A stretch of 64,000 bases of DNA from Schmidtea nova (lineage: Eukaryota): assembly GCA_044892505.1 (NCBI GenBank), contig CM097884.1, positions 7,564,001 through 7,628,000 on the forward strand, read 5' to 3'. The notes under the pieces are model-generated. The model was not told where the DNA came from. It saw nothing but the letters and a program-made list of their open reading frames with translations, and searched no databases. Position 1 is the first letter of the stretch; every line of letters starts with the position of its first letter. Below are positions 28,049 through 39,182 of the stretch, piece by piece. A program made the position numbers and the translations under genes.

Positions 28049-29797
28049 ATGGAAGCTGCACAAATTAAAACCCAACGCAAACCACAAAGTTACCAATCGA
28101 ATGTTGCAATTAAAAAGAACTCAAATCGTACGAAAGAATTCAGTGAGCACAAGAGGCGAATGAGACAATCAATCACCCCAGTTATTGCTACAAGCACAAA
28201 GATAGATATTTCTACCATTGATATTCCAGAGCGCATTAAAGGCAGCTATTTCATTAAGCGAAAGAAGATTAAATCTACTGTGAAACCTGATGATATATTT
28301 GCAGCTAAGAAAGAACAATTTGTTTTATTGAATATATTTTTTTTCTTCTTATTAAATTTATTTGCAGATACTAAAAATGGTGTCAGAAACCCTGATATAA
28401 TATATGAGGCAAACAGAATAGTTTTTATTACTAGTGGATTTTCTCAAAACTCAGCAACATCAACATCAACCGGGTTTACATTTGGACAATTACCGAGCGC
28501 AAAAATCGATTCACTTGAACCATTCAATCAAAATTGGATATCAACGGAATCAACACCGATTATGTTTTTGGTAAAAAAGAAATCAGATGCAATTTTTTCT
28601 TCAATATCAACACTGTCGTCATCGATGTCGTTAAAGTTCATACAGATATCTTCTATAAAGTTGCATATTGTCGTACCGAGCTCAATTTCGTCAAATTCAA
28701 CGATATTTGGTCTAATATCTAAAAGTGACTCAAAACAAGTAGCTGCAAACGTCATTACGAAATTCGCAAACACCAGCATCACTTTTGAACAATTGAGACG
28801 AGATGATTCGGGTTCTTATAAATGCGCTGTTAAAGGAACTACTGAGACCGGGTCAACAATGGAATTGGAAGCCTCGACATTTCAACCAGCCTCAGAAACT
28901 ACATTCTGTCAATCAGTAGAAACAGGAAAGCGTGAAAGTGTCAATTACAACAGGCAATCAGTTGAATACTCAGTCAACATTGTCTCATTACCTGAACAAT
29001 ATGTCATTGGTCAAAGATTTACCATGCAATGTAAAGTTTATCCTCAATTCAAAACTGCTAGTTACTCTTGTCCGTTGCGTAAACTCGACCTCGGCTCCTA
29101 TTCCTGTGTGATTCACAGTTCCACTAACGGAGCGGCGTTGCAGCTGGAAGCGTCTTTTTCTCAAAACAATTGCAACAGCTATTTGGGATTATCGGGCGAG
29201 CGGTATTTTCTATGTATTATTTATAATATTAAATTACATAATATATTATATTTATTTATATTATTTTTATTCATACTAAATTTTAAAATTATTTTTATTA
29301 TCTTTCTCAAAATTCACAAATACCTTGTCCAGTTTTTTGACACATTCAATACAAGTCACGCTCACAACCCCACTCAATCCACCATGTCCAACAACGATTC
29401 TATCGCCACTTTCCCAACATATGTCCTCACGCGTTTCAACCACAAAACACGCCAAATCCCCATTTTCACGGATCTGCGCACTGATATCGCCACCTCCCAT
29501 CTGATTAATAGGAATAAATTTTACATGACGTACAACGGTTTCCCAGTTTCCTCACTCACCGACATTCCACCTAATGCTATAATAGAAATTCATTGCCGCG
29601 TTTTAGGAGGCGTCCGACCCACTATAGAACCGCCTTATTCATCCACTTCACGCCCAATTTTGTTCTTTTTGGATCCCGACGGCACACCCTCGTCGTGGTT
29701 CCGCATTTTCGAATCGCGCACGTCTTCCTTTCCAAAATCACGCCCCGATTACCTACTCGACAGCCTACCATCTGAATTGATAGCCGAGCTTGCCTGA
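28049..29797 (+). CDS. LTR-initiated ORF: basic N-terminus, hydrophobic segment, S/T(FG)-rich region, Ig-like segments, hydrophobic segment, ubiquitin-like domain, Gag N-terminus
   Basis: Continuous open frame. DSGSYKC and DLGSYSC are Ig F-strand motifs. RVLGG is followed by DPDGTPSSWFRIFE (Gag). A frameshift at about 29795 separates it from the rest of Gag. Confidence 0.65.
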   Translation: MEAAQIKTQRKPQSYQSNVAIKKNSNRTKEFSEHKRRMRQSITPVIATSTKIDISTIDIPERIKGSYFIKRKKIKSTVKPDDIFAAKKEQFVLLNIFFFFLLNLFADTKNGVRNPDIIYEANRIVFITSGFSQNSATSTSTGFTFGQLPSAKIDSLEPFNQNWISTESTPIMFLVKKKSDAIFSSISTLSSSMSLKFIQISSIKLHIVVPSSISSNSTIFGLISKSDSKQVAANVITKFANTSITFEQLRRDDSGSYKCAVKGTTETGSTMELEASTFQPASETTFCQSVETGKRESVNYNRQSVEYSVNIVSLPEQYVIGQRFTMQCKVYPQFKTASYSCPLRKLDLGSYSCVIHSSTNGAALQLEASFSQNNCNSYLGLSGERYFLCIIYNIKLHNILYLFILFLFILNFKIIFIIFLKIHKYLVQFFDTFNTSHAHNPTQSTMSNNDSIATFPTYVLTRFNHKTRQIPIFTDLRTDIATSHLINRNKFYMTYNGFPVSSLTDIPPNAIIEIHCRVLGGVRPTIEPPYSSTSRPILFFLDPDGTPSSWFRIFESRTSSFPKSRPDYLLDSLPSELIAELA

Positions 29798-30513
29798 AAT
29801 TAGCCGACGCGCTTTACGCAGACAACCCGTATTATGATCTCAAATCCCTGATAGTGTCAAAATACACCTCATCACAAACTCAAGATCTCACAAAGCTTTT
29901 GGCACCACAAAATTACGCAGGACAACAACCAAGCCTGTTCCTAGCACAGATTGCCCGCTCCAACGACATCGCCATTCCAGATCTGTCCAAAAACATTCAA
30001 CTCTTAAAACACCAATTTCTCTCCGCTCTTCCATATAATCTACAAACCTCCCTCGCATTGGTAGACTCTGAAGACCCGTACCATCTTGCTAAAATAGCTG
30101 ATCGCATTTATGCACTCCAACCCCATAAACCGCGCGCTGATAATTACACACCACCACCGCCACCCTCCATTGTCAACGCAACACATTCACCCGAAAACCA
30201 CTACACCTGCAACGTCACAAAGTATTCCAACTATACACCTCCATTACAGCAAGCACAACGCCATAATCATCCACCTGTTACACGCACACAGAACATACAA
30301 CCCAGTAGCAGCGCAGCACTAATTTGTTTTTTCCACAGCCGATTCAAAAAACATGCACAGAAATGCTGCATTGGTGCCGCTTCCGAATTCCACAATCCTC
30401 ATAACCCAGTCATTCCAATCTGTATCTACCACCATCTATTCAAGAACGAAGACAAATCGTGCATAGATGGATGCACTTGGCACACGACCAGTTACCATCA
30501 TGCAAAAAACTAA
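29384..30513 (+). CDS. gag: UBL-Gag (one frameshift at about 29795)
   Basis: CCACCATG start, 76-aa UBL ending at 29611, NPYYDLK..., then duplicated CxxHxxFxxxxxxC motifs, ending HAKN*. Confidence 0.75.
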
Positions 30514-30558
30514 CTGAGTCATCGGATATTCCTGGACGCTCCGATGACTTCCTGCCAG
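30504..30558 (+). promoter_or_regulatory. -1 ribosomal frameshift signal between gag and pol
   Basis: A AAA AAC heptamer, 6-nt spacer, 10-bp stem AGTCATCGGA/TCCGATGACT. Loop CTGG can pair with downstream CCAG. Pol is in the -1 frame. Confidence 0.85.
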
Positions 30559-33500
30559 TGAACACTCTTCCTCACAGCAAACCACGTCCAGCGTACACAA
30601 TATCAACTCCTCCAGCAAACACCATTTCAGGCATGACCACTACTCACCACGCACGACAATTTCTTCGCACAGCTCAACTAACTACACCACTCAGCACAAC
30701 CCGCACAACACAAACACAAACGCCACCTACAACAAAAACACCATTCTCAGAACCGCCTGCATCATTACCAACATCAACGTGCATAAAACCACTAAAAGCG
30801 CCACTATCAATGCCACAAACACCACTCACCCCTCCTCACTACAAAATTCCCACAGACAACACGAGCATCCTACCACCACCGTTACCGACCACCACCTCCA
30901 CCATTAACAGAGCAACCCTGGCCACATCAATTTTAACCAGAACTCCCGGAAATTTCACCATCACCGCCGAACTGTTAGAAGCACACGGACAACCCAAACA
31001 ACGCACAATAACAGTCCTTATAGACACAGGTTCGTCATATTCAATTCTACCCACCACCTTCACTGCAGACACACCCTGCTCATCCTCCGCCATAGCCGCA
31101 AACGGTACGCACATAATGCTCTCCGGTACGAAAACAATCGAATTTCGCCTTCCCGGCCTTTCTAAACGTTTCACGCACTCATTTTACATTGCCGACACAA
31201 CATTCCCGATTCTAGGTCTCGATTTCTTAACTACCGAAGAAGTGAACATCGACTGTAAAAATAGAAAACTGTATCAACTCCCTCATCCAGTTTCCGCGAT
31301 AGTGTCGCCAAAAACAACAATCACTTTAACAACAGACAACGTAGAATCAGTCATCGCCACAAATTTCCCGAACCTCCTCACCAAGTCTACCACACACGTA
31401 CCCAGCAAATAATCCGTCCATTTCATCACCACTGTTCCGTGCACACCACAAAGCGCTCGTTCCAGGCCTCTGGCTATCAATAGACGACAGGCCGTCGAAC
31501 TAGAATTTTCCGAACTCAAAGACAAAGGCATCATTCGATGCACGTCCTCCCCATGGGCTTCCCCTATCCATGTAGTCACGAAAAAAGATGGCTCCTTCCG
31601 CCCTTGTGGTGATTTTCGAGCGTTGAACAGCGTAACGATTCATGACGCCTACCCTATGCCTCTCATTAAGGACCTATTTTCACGTTTTTCGGGGAATACA
31701 GTCTTTTCAACGATCGACCTCGCCAAAGCATTTCACCAGTTCCCTGTAAATCCAGATGACGTTCCAAAAACAGCTGTAACTACCCCTTTCGGCAATTTCG
31801 GATACTTGTTCATGCCATTCGGCCTTAGGAATGCCGCACAAACACTCCAACGCTTCATGGACATCACTTTCAGACATCTCAGCCACACCTTCGTCTATCT
31901 AGACGATATCATTGTCGCTTCTACTGACGAATCCTCACACGCAAGAGACTTAATACAGGTTTTTGAAGTCCTCGACAAAAATAACCTTCAGATTAGCGTT
32001 GAAAAATGTCAATTCTTCAAGTCGCGCGTCCGTTTTCTAGGACACATACTGTCTGCATACGGATGTGAACCATTCCCAGAAAGGCTAGACATTATCCGGT
32101 CATTTCCCAAACCGTCCACGGTCACAGAGCTTCGCAGCTTTCTCGGAACTGTAAACTTCTGCCACAGATTTATCCCAAACTCGTCCCGCATTACCGCACC
32201 ACTGTCAGCACTCAATCACGGCCCCAAAAAGGCTATAATAAAATGGTCCGACGAAACGGATCAGGCCTTCATCAACGTAAAAAACGCATTGACTAATATC
32301 TCAACGCTGTATTACCCACATAACGACCTGCCATTCACTCTAACCACCGACGCCTCGGACATAGCAGCTGGGGCTGTTCTCCATCAGATTTAAGACAACG
32401 TTTCCCGTCCCATCGAATTCTTTTCCCGTAAATTCTCATTAGCAGAAACAAGGTACAGTGCCTTCGACAGAGAGCTACTAGCCATCGTGCTGGCCGTGAA
32501 ACATTTCCGACACTTCCTAGAGGGTAGACATTTCACAATATTCACTGACCACAAACCTCTCCTACACTGCCTCACCATGAAAGATCCATCGAATAGGGTA
32601 TTTCGTCAACTAGCATTTCTATCATCGTTTGATTTCGTGATCAAACACATAGCAGGTGGAGACAACGTCATTGCAGACTGCCTTTCGCGCGCGATCATAA
32701 CCTCAATATCTTTTTCTCCTATCTTCTCGCTAGATATCCTTTCATCCACGCCTCCTTCTGAGAAAGATATTTCCAGGTTCAAAGACTCCCACAAACTCAT
32801 CGACGGTGTGCATTACGACACATCTTTCAACAATACGCTACGCCCCATTCTACACGAGTCACTTCGCAAAGAAGCGTTTTTCGCAGTTCACAACCTACAC
32901 CATCCCGGCATCAAATCGACATACGCACTACTACGCCAGAAAGTACGCCAGAAAGGTACGCCCTATTCAAAGACGTCAAACGATGGGTAAGTGAGTGTCA
33001 AGGGTGCCAGCAGCATAAAGTTCACAAACATGTCAAACCACCGCTCACCCCTTTCCCTACAGGCTCCCGCTTCGATATTTTGCACATTGATCTCGTGGGA
33101 CCACTTCCGGCGGACAACGGATTCTCCTTCATCCTTACAATGATAGATCGTAAGACGCGCTGGTTCGAAGCAGTACCCATACCCAATATCACAGCACCCA
33201 CTGTTGCAGACTACTTAGTGTCTACCTGGTTTTCCCGTTACGGTATCCCTACAACAATCATTACAGACCAAGGGCGCCAATTCGAATCGGACTTATTTAA
33301 TTACCTGACAAACGCGCTAAGCATTAAACACATACGCACCTCTGCCTATCACCCACAGACCAACGGTCTCGTCGAACGTGCCCACCGCACTATCAAGACC
33401 TCACTTCGTATTCTCGCATCCTCCTCCGGATGGACAAAGTCTCTGCCGTTCGTTCTACTTGGATGGCACAACACACCCAATCGCTCAAGTGGAGTCTCCC

Positions 33501-34048
33501 CGGCACAATTACTGTTCGGCGCTAACACACGCATGCCATCAGAACTTATAGAAACAGACTCCGAATCGTCTCTCCAACAAATAAACCAGGCCCGCAGCCA
33601 CTTCCTAGCTCTAGACTCAAATCCGTCCTTCACATACTCTACCTCTTACAAACCCTACATGCCGCATACTCTTACCTCAACCTCACACGCCTGGTTAAAA
33701 TGCATTGACTCATCCAGTTTGAAGCCCCGGTATAAAGGACCATATCCGATTATCAAAATACACAAAAACACGGCCGAACTATACATAGATGGTACAACAC
33801 ACATCATAAACCTGAACCGCCTAAAACCGGCTCTTATATTAGCGGATCAGGACAACGAACTTCCACTACACCACCAGTCAGATGAAGATCTAACCGAAGA
33901 CCCCACATTTGACCCAGACCCACAGGCTCACCAACCCTTTCCAATTCCGCAGACCGAAACATTTCGCAACCCATTGTCACACAATCGCATCCGCCGTCCT
34001 CCACAGTACCTCTCAGACTACCATCTCGATTTCCACTCAGATCCTTGA
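30504..34048 (+). pseudogene. pol: pol (protease, RT, RNase H, integrase) with two in-frame TAA stops and one frameshift
   Basis: LIDTGSS, YLDDII, TTDAS, DRELLA, HIDLVGP, TDQGRQF, GLVER, YKGPY. Stops at 31410 and 32391, and a TACGCCAGAAAG duplication near 32935. Confidence 0.93.
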
Positions 34049-37000
34049 ATTCGTTTTTTGCCTTTCCCATACGCTCCGCGTACTTCGGCGGGGGCTATTG
34101 TAGTGCCTCCGTTATAATTATATGTTATTATATTATTTAATTAAATGTCATATTATTTATATATTAAAATCAATTATCAATTTATTTATATAAAAAAAAT
34201 CAATTAGTTTAAATCACAAAAAAATCGCACTTTTCACCTTATTCAAAAAACGACAAGCAAGAAGCAATTTACAAAAAATGGAAGCTGCACAAATTAAAAC
34301 CCAACGCAAACCACAAAGTTACCAATCGAATGTTGCAATTAAAAAGAACTCAAATCGTACGAAAGAATTCAGTGAGCACAAGAGGCGAATGAGACAATCA
34401 ATCACCCCAGTTATTGCTACAAGCACAAAGATAGATATTTCTACCATTGATATTCCAGAGCGCATTAAAGGCAGCTATTTCATTAAGCGAAAGAAGATTA
34501 AATCTACTGTGAAACCTGATGATATATTTGCAGCTAAGAAAGAACAATTTGTTTTATTGAATATATTTTTTTTCTTCTTATTAAATTTATTTGCAGATAC
34601 TAAACTGCATTTTTTTTAAAATTGAAATTAAATTTTGAATTGGAGAAAAAATTTTATAATCTGAAAAATATAATTATTAATTATTTAACAAACAAATTTT
34701 TATTACAATGTTTTTTTCATAATAATTACATTTGAAATTTCGATTGCACTATAAAACATTTCTAACGTGAATACATATTGCTATATTATAATAAATTAAT
34801 TAAACTAACACTTTTAAATCAAGATTCAAAAACTATTTTAATATTAAAACAATCTTTTTGTTATATATCAATAATATATAAACCCCCTCTCTTAAGAATC
34901 ATCGGTACACATAGTTTTATATTTCTTATGGAACTTATTAGATATCTTTTCAAAAGTGGTCTTGTTCATACGCATGTTTACGGTGATCCAATAATCCTTG
35001 AATCACTTGGTATCGTTTTTATTTAGTTGTAGTTTCTCTGGAGCGTTCTTCCATTTTTTCTTTTTGTAGATAAGTCCATTTATTAATGAATGCTTGAATA
35101 GAAAAAGGAACATATTATTTTTAATTGGAACTTTAATCATTTTCTTTAGTAACCAACCTCAAATCGCCAATTTGAATCTGTTGATTTTTTGCATGTTTTT
35201 AAAGACTTTATTTGAATATCCTTCATATAATATTTATCATGCTCTAAAAATAAATCATCATATGTGATATCAGCATCCAACTGTACTAATTCCCTCTTTC
35301 ATCACTGCCCATAAGCCTCTCTCTGAATTTGATTAGGATTTTGAACGTGATTCATTGTAAATATTTACATTACGCTTCTTTTGTGGATCCGAGTGCAATA
35401 ATTAGCATTGTTCACATTGTGGTAGTCTGGGCAGGGCTTCTGCGTTTTAACGTTTCTTTCCCATTCGGTATTTAATTTCCATGCTATAAACCTTAAAATT
35501 CCGCTTTCTAAATAAAAAACTGAAAATTCTTTGGAGAATCCCACTTTTAAAACTATTTTAATGTTTGATGATCAGTTCGAATGACAAATTTTCTACCTAA
35601 AAGATAATATATAAAACAAATTTATAGATAATCAAAAGTTCTTTTCGAGTTATAAAATGTTTGCGCTGGGCTGTAGTCATGGATTTTGAGCCGTATGCTA
35701 TAAGCTTTTCTTCTCCATTTTGAATATAAGAAAGAACTGCTCTGATACAGTCATTAGAAGCATTTGTATCCAAATTTAAACCACTACTATGGGCTGGTAA
35801 ATTCAGAATAAGAGTTTCTGTTAGAGCCTCTTTTAACAAATAAAACGCCTCTTCAACTTGTGTATTCATAGAAACCCGTTTTCTTTTCTCAACATATTTT
35901 ATAGGGGTTCCACTTTTTTACCATAATCTTTGATGAACCTTCAGTAATATGGACACATCCTAGCAAATGTTTGTAACTCCTGAATATTCGCTGCTATATT
36001 TATTTTTCTTATTGACAGAATTTGTCCGGATCTATTAAAATATCAGCACCACTAATAATATGACCCAAATACTTTACTTCTTTATTATAAAAGTGCATTT
36101 ATCAAGTGCCAACTTTAAACTTGCTTCCTTTATCCTAGATAAAACTTGATAGAGCTTTTAATTATGTTTTTTCTAACATTCATCCAAATATAAAAACATC
36201 TACTAGATAGATTGCACAAGACTTTTAGTTCTCATTTTGCAAAATAATTGTCATCGTGTTCTGAAATGCTGAGGGTGCTGCACATTACCCAAACGGCGTT
36301 ATCATGCATTCAAACTCCCCACATCTAGTACTAAATGTCGTTTTTTGTACAACATTTTCATTTAATGGTACTTGGTAATATTCACTAACCATATCTAAAG
36401 TTGTAAAATCTTTAGCATCCTCGATGGAGTCAAATAATTTTGAGCTGCTAGATATGGCAAATATTGGTCTAGTTGTTTTGGAACTTATTAGATATCTCTT
36501 CACATATAACTTTAAGCTTCTCTCATCAACAATTTCAGCCAGAATAAAATACTTCCGGCATCTATGAGACACACTGTCTTTGACACAATAAAGTAAAAGA
36601 AGCGTTTCCGGACCGTTTCAGCATCCATTTCAACACCAGGCTACAATAATGTGGTACAATTTATAGGATTATCAAAAATACCATCCTTTTACATATATCG
36701 TAACTTTATGTAAATAATTGAAAATATATAATTAATTGTTTCAAAATTTGGTTGACAGTTTAACACCTATTTTTAGTTGCAGCAATATATTAGCGTAACT
36801 TTGCATTTCAGTTCCATTTATACAGTTTATTGGTAATTTTGGTTTAGTTTCCATAATTTTCTGAAAAATCTTTTTGCTCACTACGTACGTATCTTCTCTA
36901 GTGTCGAACATAATGCGTGTATTAATTCCTCACATTTAATCATTAATACACTTGCTTTCGCACATTAAAGGTTTCTATAATGTAAGTCAAAAATTACCAA

Positions 37001-38305
37001 TACCAAATTAACACTTACGTTAATGTTAAATTTTGATTTAACCTAGTTTAAAAGATTATTATGTGATTGACAATCTGTAAGAATAAATAAATTACACACA
37101 CAAACACAAGACACAATGAAAATTAAATGAAAATCTTTAAGGGTACATTTTTACGCGATTAAAAGGCCAATAATAAATTTATTTATTATTAAAATATGGT
37201 TTTTTGGTAAATATTTGGAATATTTCTTAGGACAGTTGTCGAACAAATATATAAATAACATCGTAAGTTTTATTTTTATGAATTTTAATATGAAATTTCA
37301 AATAATTCTGAAAATTATTTTGCAAAATGTTTCCGTTTTCAGTAGCCAATAAACTGTCTAATTTTTTTCAAATTATAAACAATTAAACATATTTACACTG
37401 CAATTTAGATCATTTTGAAGTCTCAGTAAATGCAGGACAATAAAATTTGACAATTTTTGAAACAAAAATTAAGCTTAATTAAATATCCTGAAATATATGT
37501 CAGAAATAAATAGAAAGTTTTTATTTAATAATAATTAATATAATAAGTCTTAGTTAAAATGATTTTTTAACTTACATTTTATGTAAATAATTACCAAAAT
37601 TATTTTAAAAAATCATGATTTCCTAAAAAGTATTCAAAAATAAAATTGTAGAACAACCATAATGGAAAAATTCGGTGACTGATTTATTTCATTAATAAAC
37701 TATTGTTAAAAAATATTTTTGCTTACGTTTAATATAAAATATTTCCAAAAACCTTTATTAAAATCATATTTTCTCACAAAGTAAATAAATATAAAATCAA
37801 AATAATATTATAGAATCAGGGGTGGGCTGCCAAATTTTGAACAACCGGCTCGCTATTATTTCGAAGAAAAAAGACGGTAAATGAGTACATTGTCTTCATT
37901 TATTTTTGTACATTATAAAATATATAATATATATGTAACAAAAAAAAACATTTATTGCATAAAATAACTGATAAATTCCAAATTTAACATACTATGCTAT
38001 GTATATGCATAATTAACTAATTAATAAATGTAGAGTCCATATGGAATATATTCTAGAGAAAACGAACAAATAATAAAAAAAATAAAGTTGCAACAAGTAA
38101 CGAAGGAAATAATAAAGCGGACGATACCGTGCGCAGTGTGCCGAAGCTTCACAACTTGTAACTCACTCACAAGCAAGAGCCAAGCACTTCGTAATTTACG
38201 TACGCACATGATATGCATGCGATTGTGTGTGGCACATCGGCGTAATGTGCATATTTTCCATAAACATACTATTAAAATGGATTATTATTTTGGTTTTACT
38301 TTTAA

Positions 38306-38538
38306 CCCTTTCGCACCGACTTTCCGCTAATGACACTATGCTAAATTTATATATTGGAACTTGTTAATATTGACCTAAATATGAAATATTCTCATTTTTG
38401 TAATCGTGGCGCTTCTGAATATCCTAGAAAGTCCTGGGGCTGAAAATAAACTTTAACACCGCAAATTGCTTTGAAAATATCCCAGTAGGATCACGATGAA
38501 AGTTTCTGGGACGTATTGTCCCAATAGGGGCGAAAGGG
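38306..38538. mobile_element. piggyBac-type MITE
   Basis: TTAA-CCCTTTCGC...GCGAAAGGG-TTAA. Confidence 0.85.
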
Positions 38539-39062
38539 TTAAACTACGAAAACTGGTGTAATATGTTAATTATTGGCCTTTTCCGTTAAATTTTCGATGA
38601 ACAGTTTAAAATCGTACTCTTTGGTTTTGTTGTTGAACTTACAATAGAATCTACATTTAGATCGGCTAATGAAGGTTTAAAGTTTATCTTAACCACTGCT
38701 CTTTTTATAGAATTTATTTCTAATGTAGATGATGTTATGATATTTAAATTCATCAAAAACTGTCTCATTAATTACTTTTTCTAAAGTTCTGAATTTGTTT
38801 GTGTATTTTCCATATAAGTAATTTGGTCTTTCGTTATTATTTAAAATCTTTGGACAAAATCTTTGAACATGGCCAAATGTTTTACATCGGTAGAATTGAA
38901 TCTCTCGTTTTCTAAATTGCAATTCTTTTTAAAATGACCCACATTGTCCCACTCAAATCATCGAATTTTGTTTGTTTATCTATTTTGTCATTTTTGGTTA
39001 TAAGCAATATATTTTCCAACTATAAATTTATATTTATAGTTTTGACTAATGTTCCATTAATT

Positions 39063-39182
39063 ATAATAGAAAAACGCCAACTAAGTAAATTCAACATAAA
39101 CGCGATATATACAATCAAAGTATATCGCCTTTATGTAGACTTTACTTAGTTGGCGTTTTTTCTATTTTTAAATCATTGCCAC
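39063..39182. mobile_element. 120-bp hairpin mini-PLE made of two inverted pLTR ends
   Basis: Arms match the 24190-24260 pLTR. 12-bp TSD GTTCCATTAATT at 39051-39062 and 39183-39194. Confidence 0.8.

Larger units (their letters stand above)
27871..34604 (+). mobile_element. Ty3/gypsy LTR retrotransposon (CsRN1/Mag-like CHCC Gag), recent insertion
   Basis: LTRs 27871-28375 and 34099-34604 (only two differences seen), TSD CTGCA, PBS TGGTGTCAGAA at 28378, G-rich PPT at about 34087, domain order PR-RT-RH-IN. Confidence 0.97.

Noticed and set aside
31410-32393. In-frame TAA codons in pol as evidence of a TAA=Gln genetic code
   Set aside because: TAA ends gag and other ORFs at the expected positions, and the element also has frameshifts. 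Point mutation is the simpler explanation.
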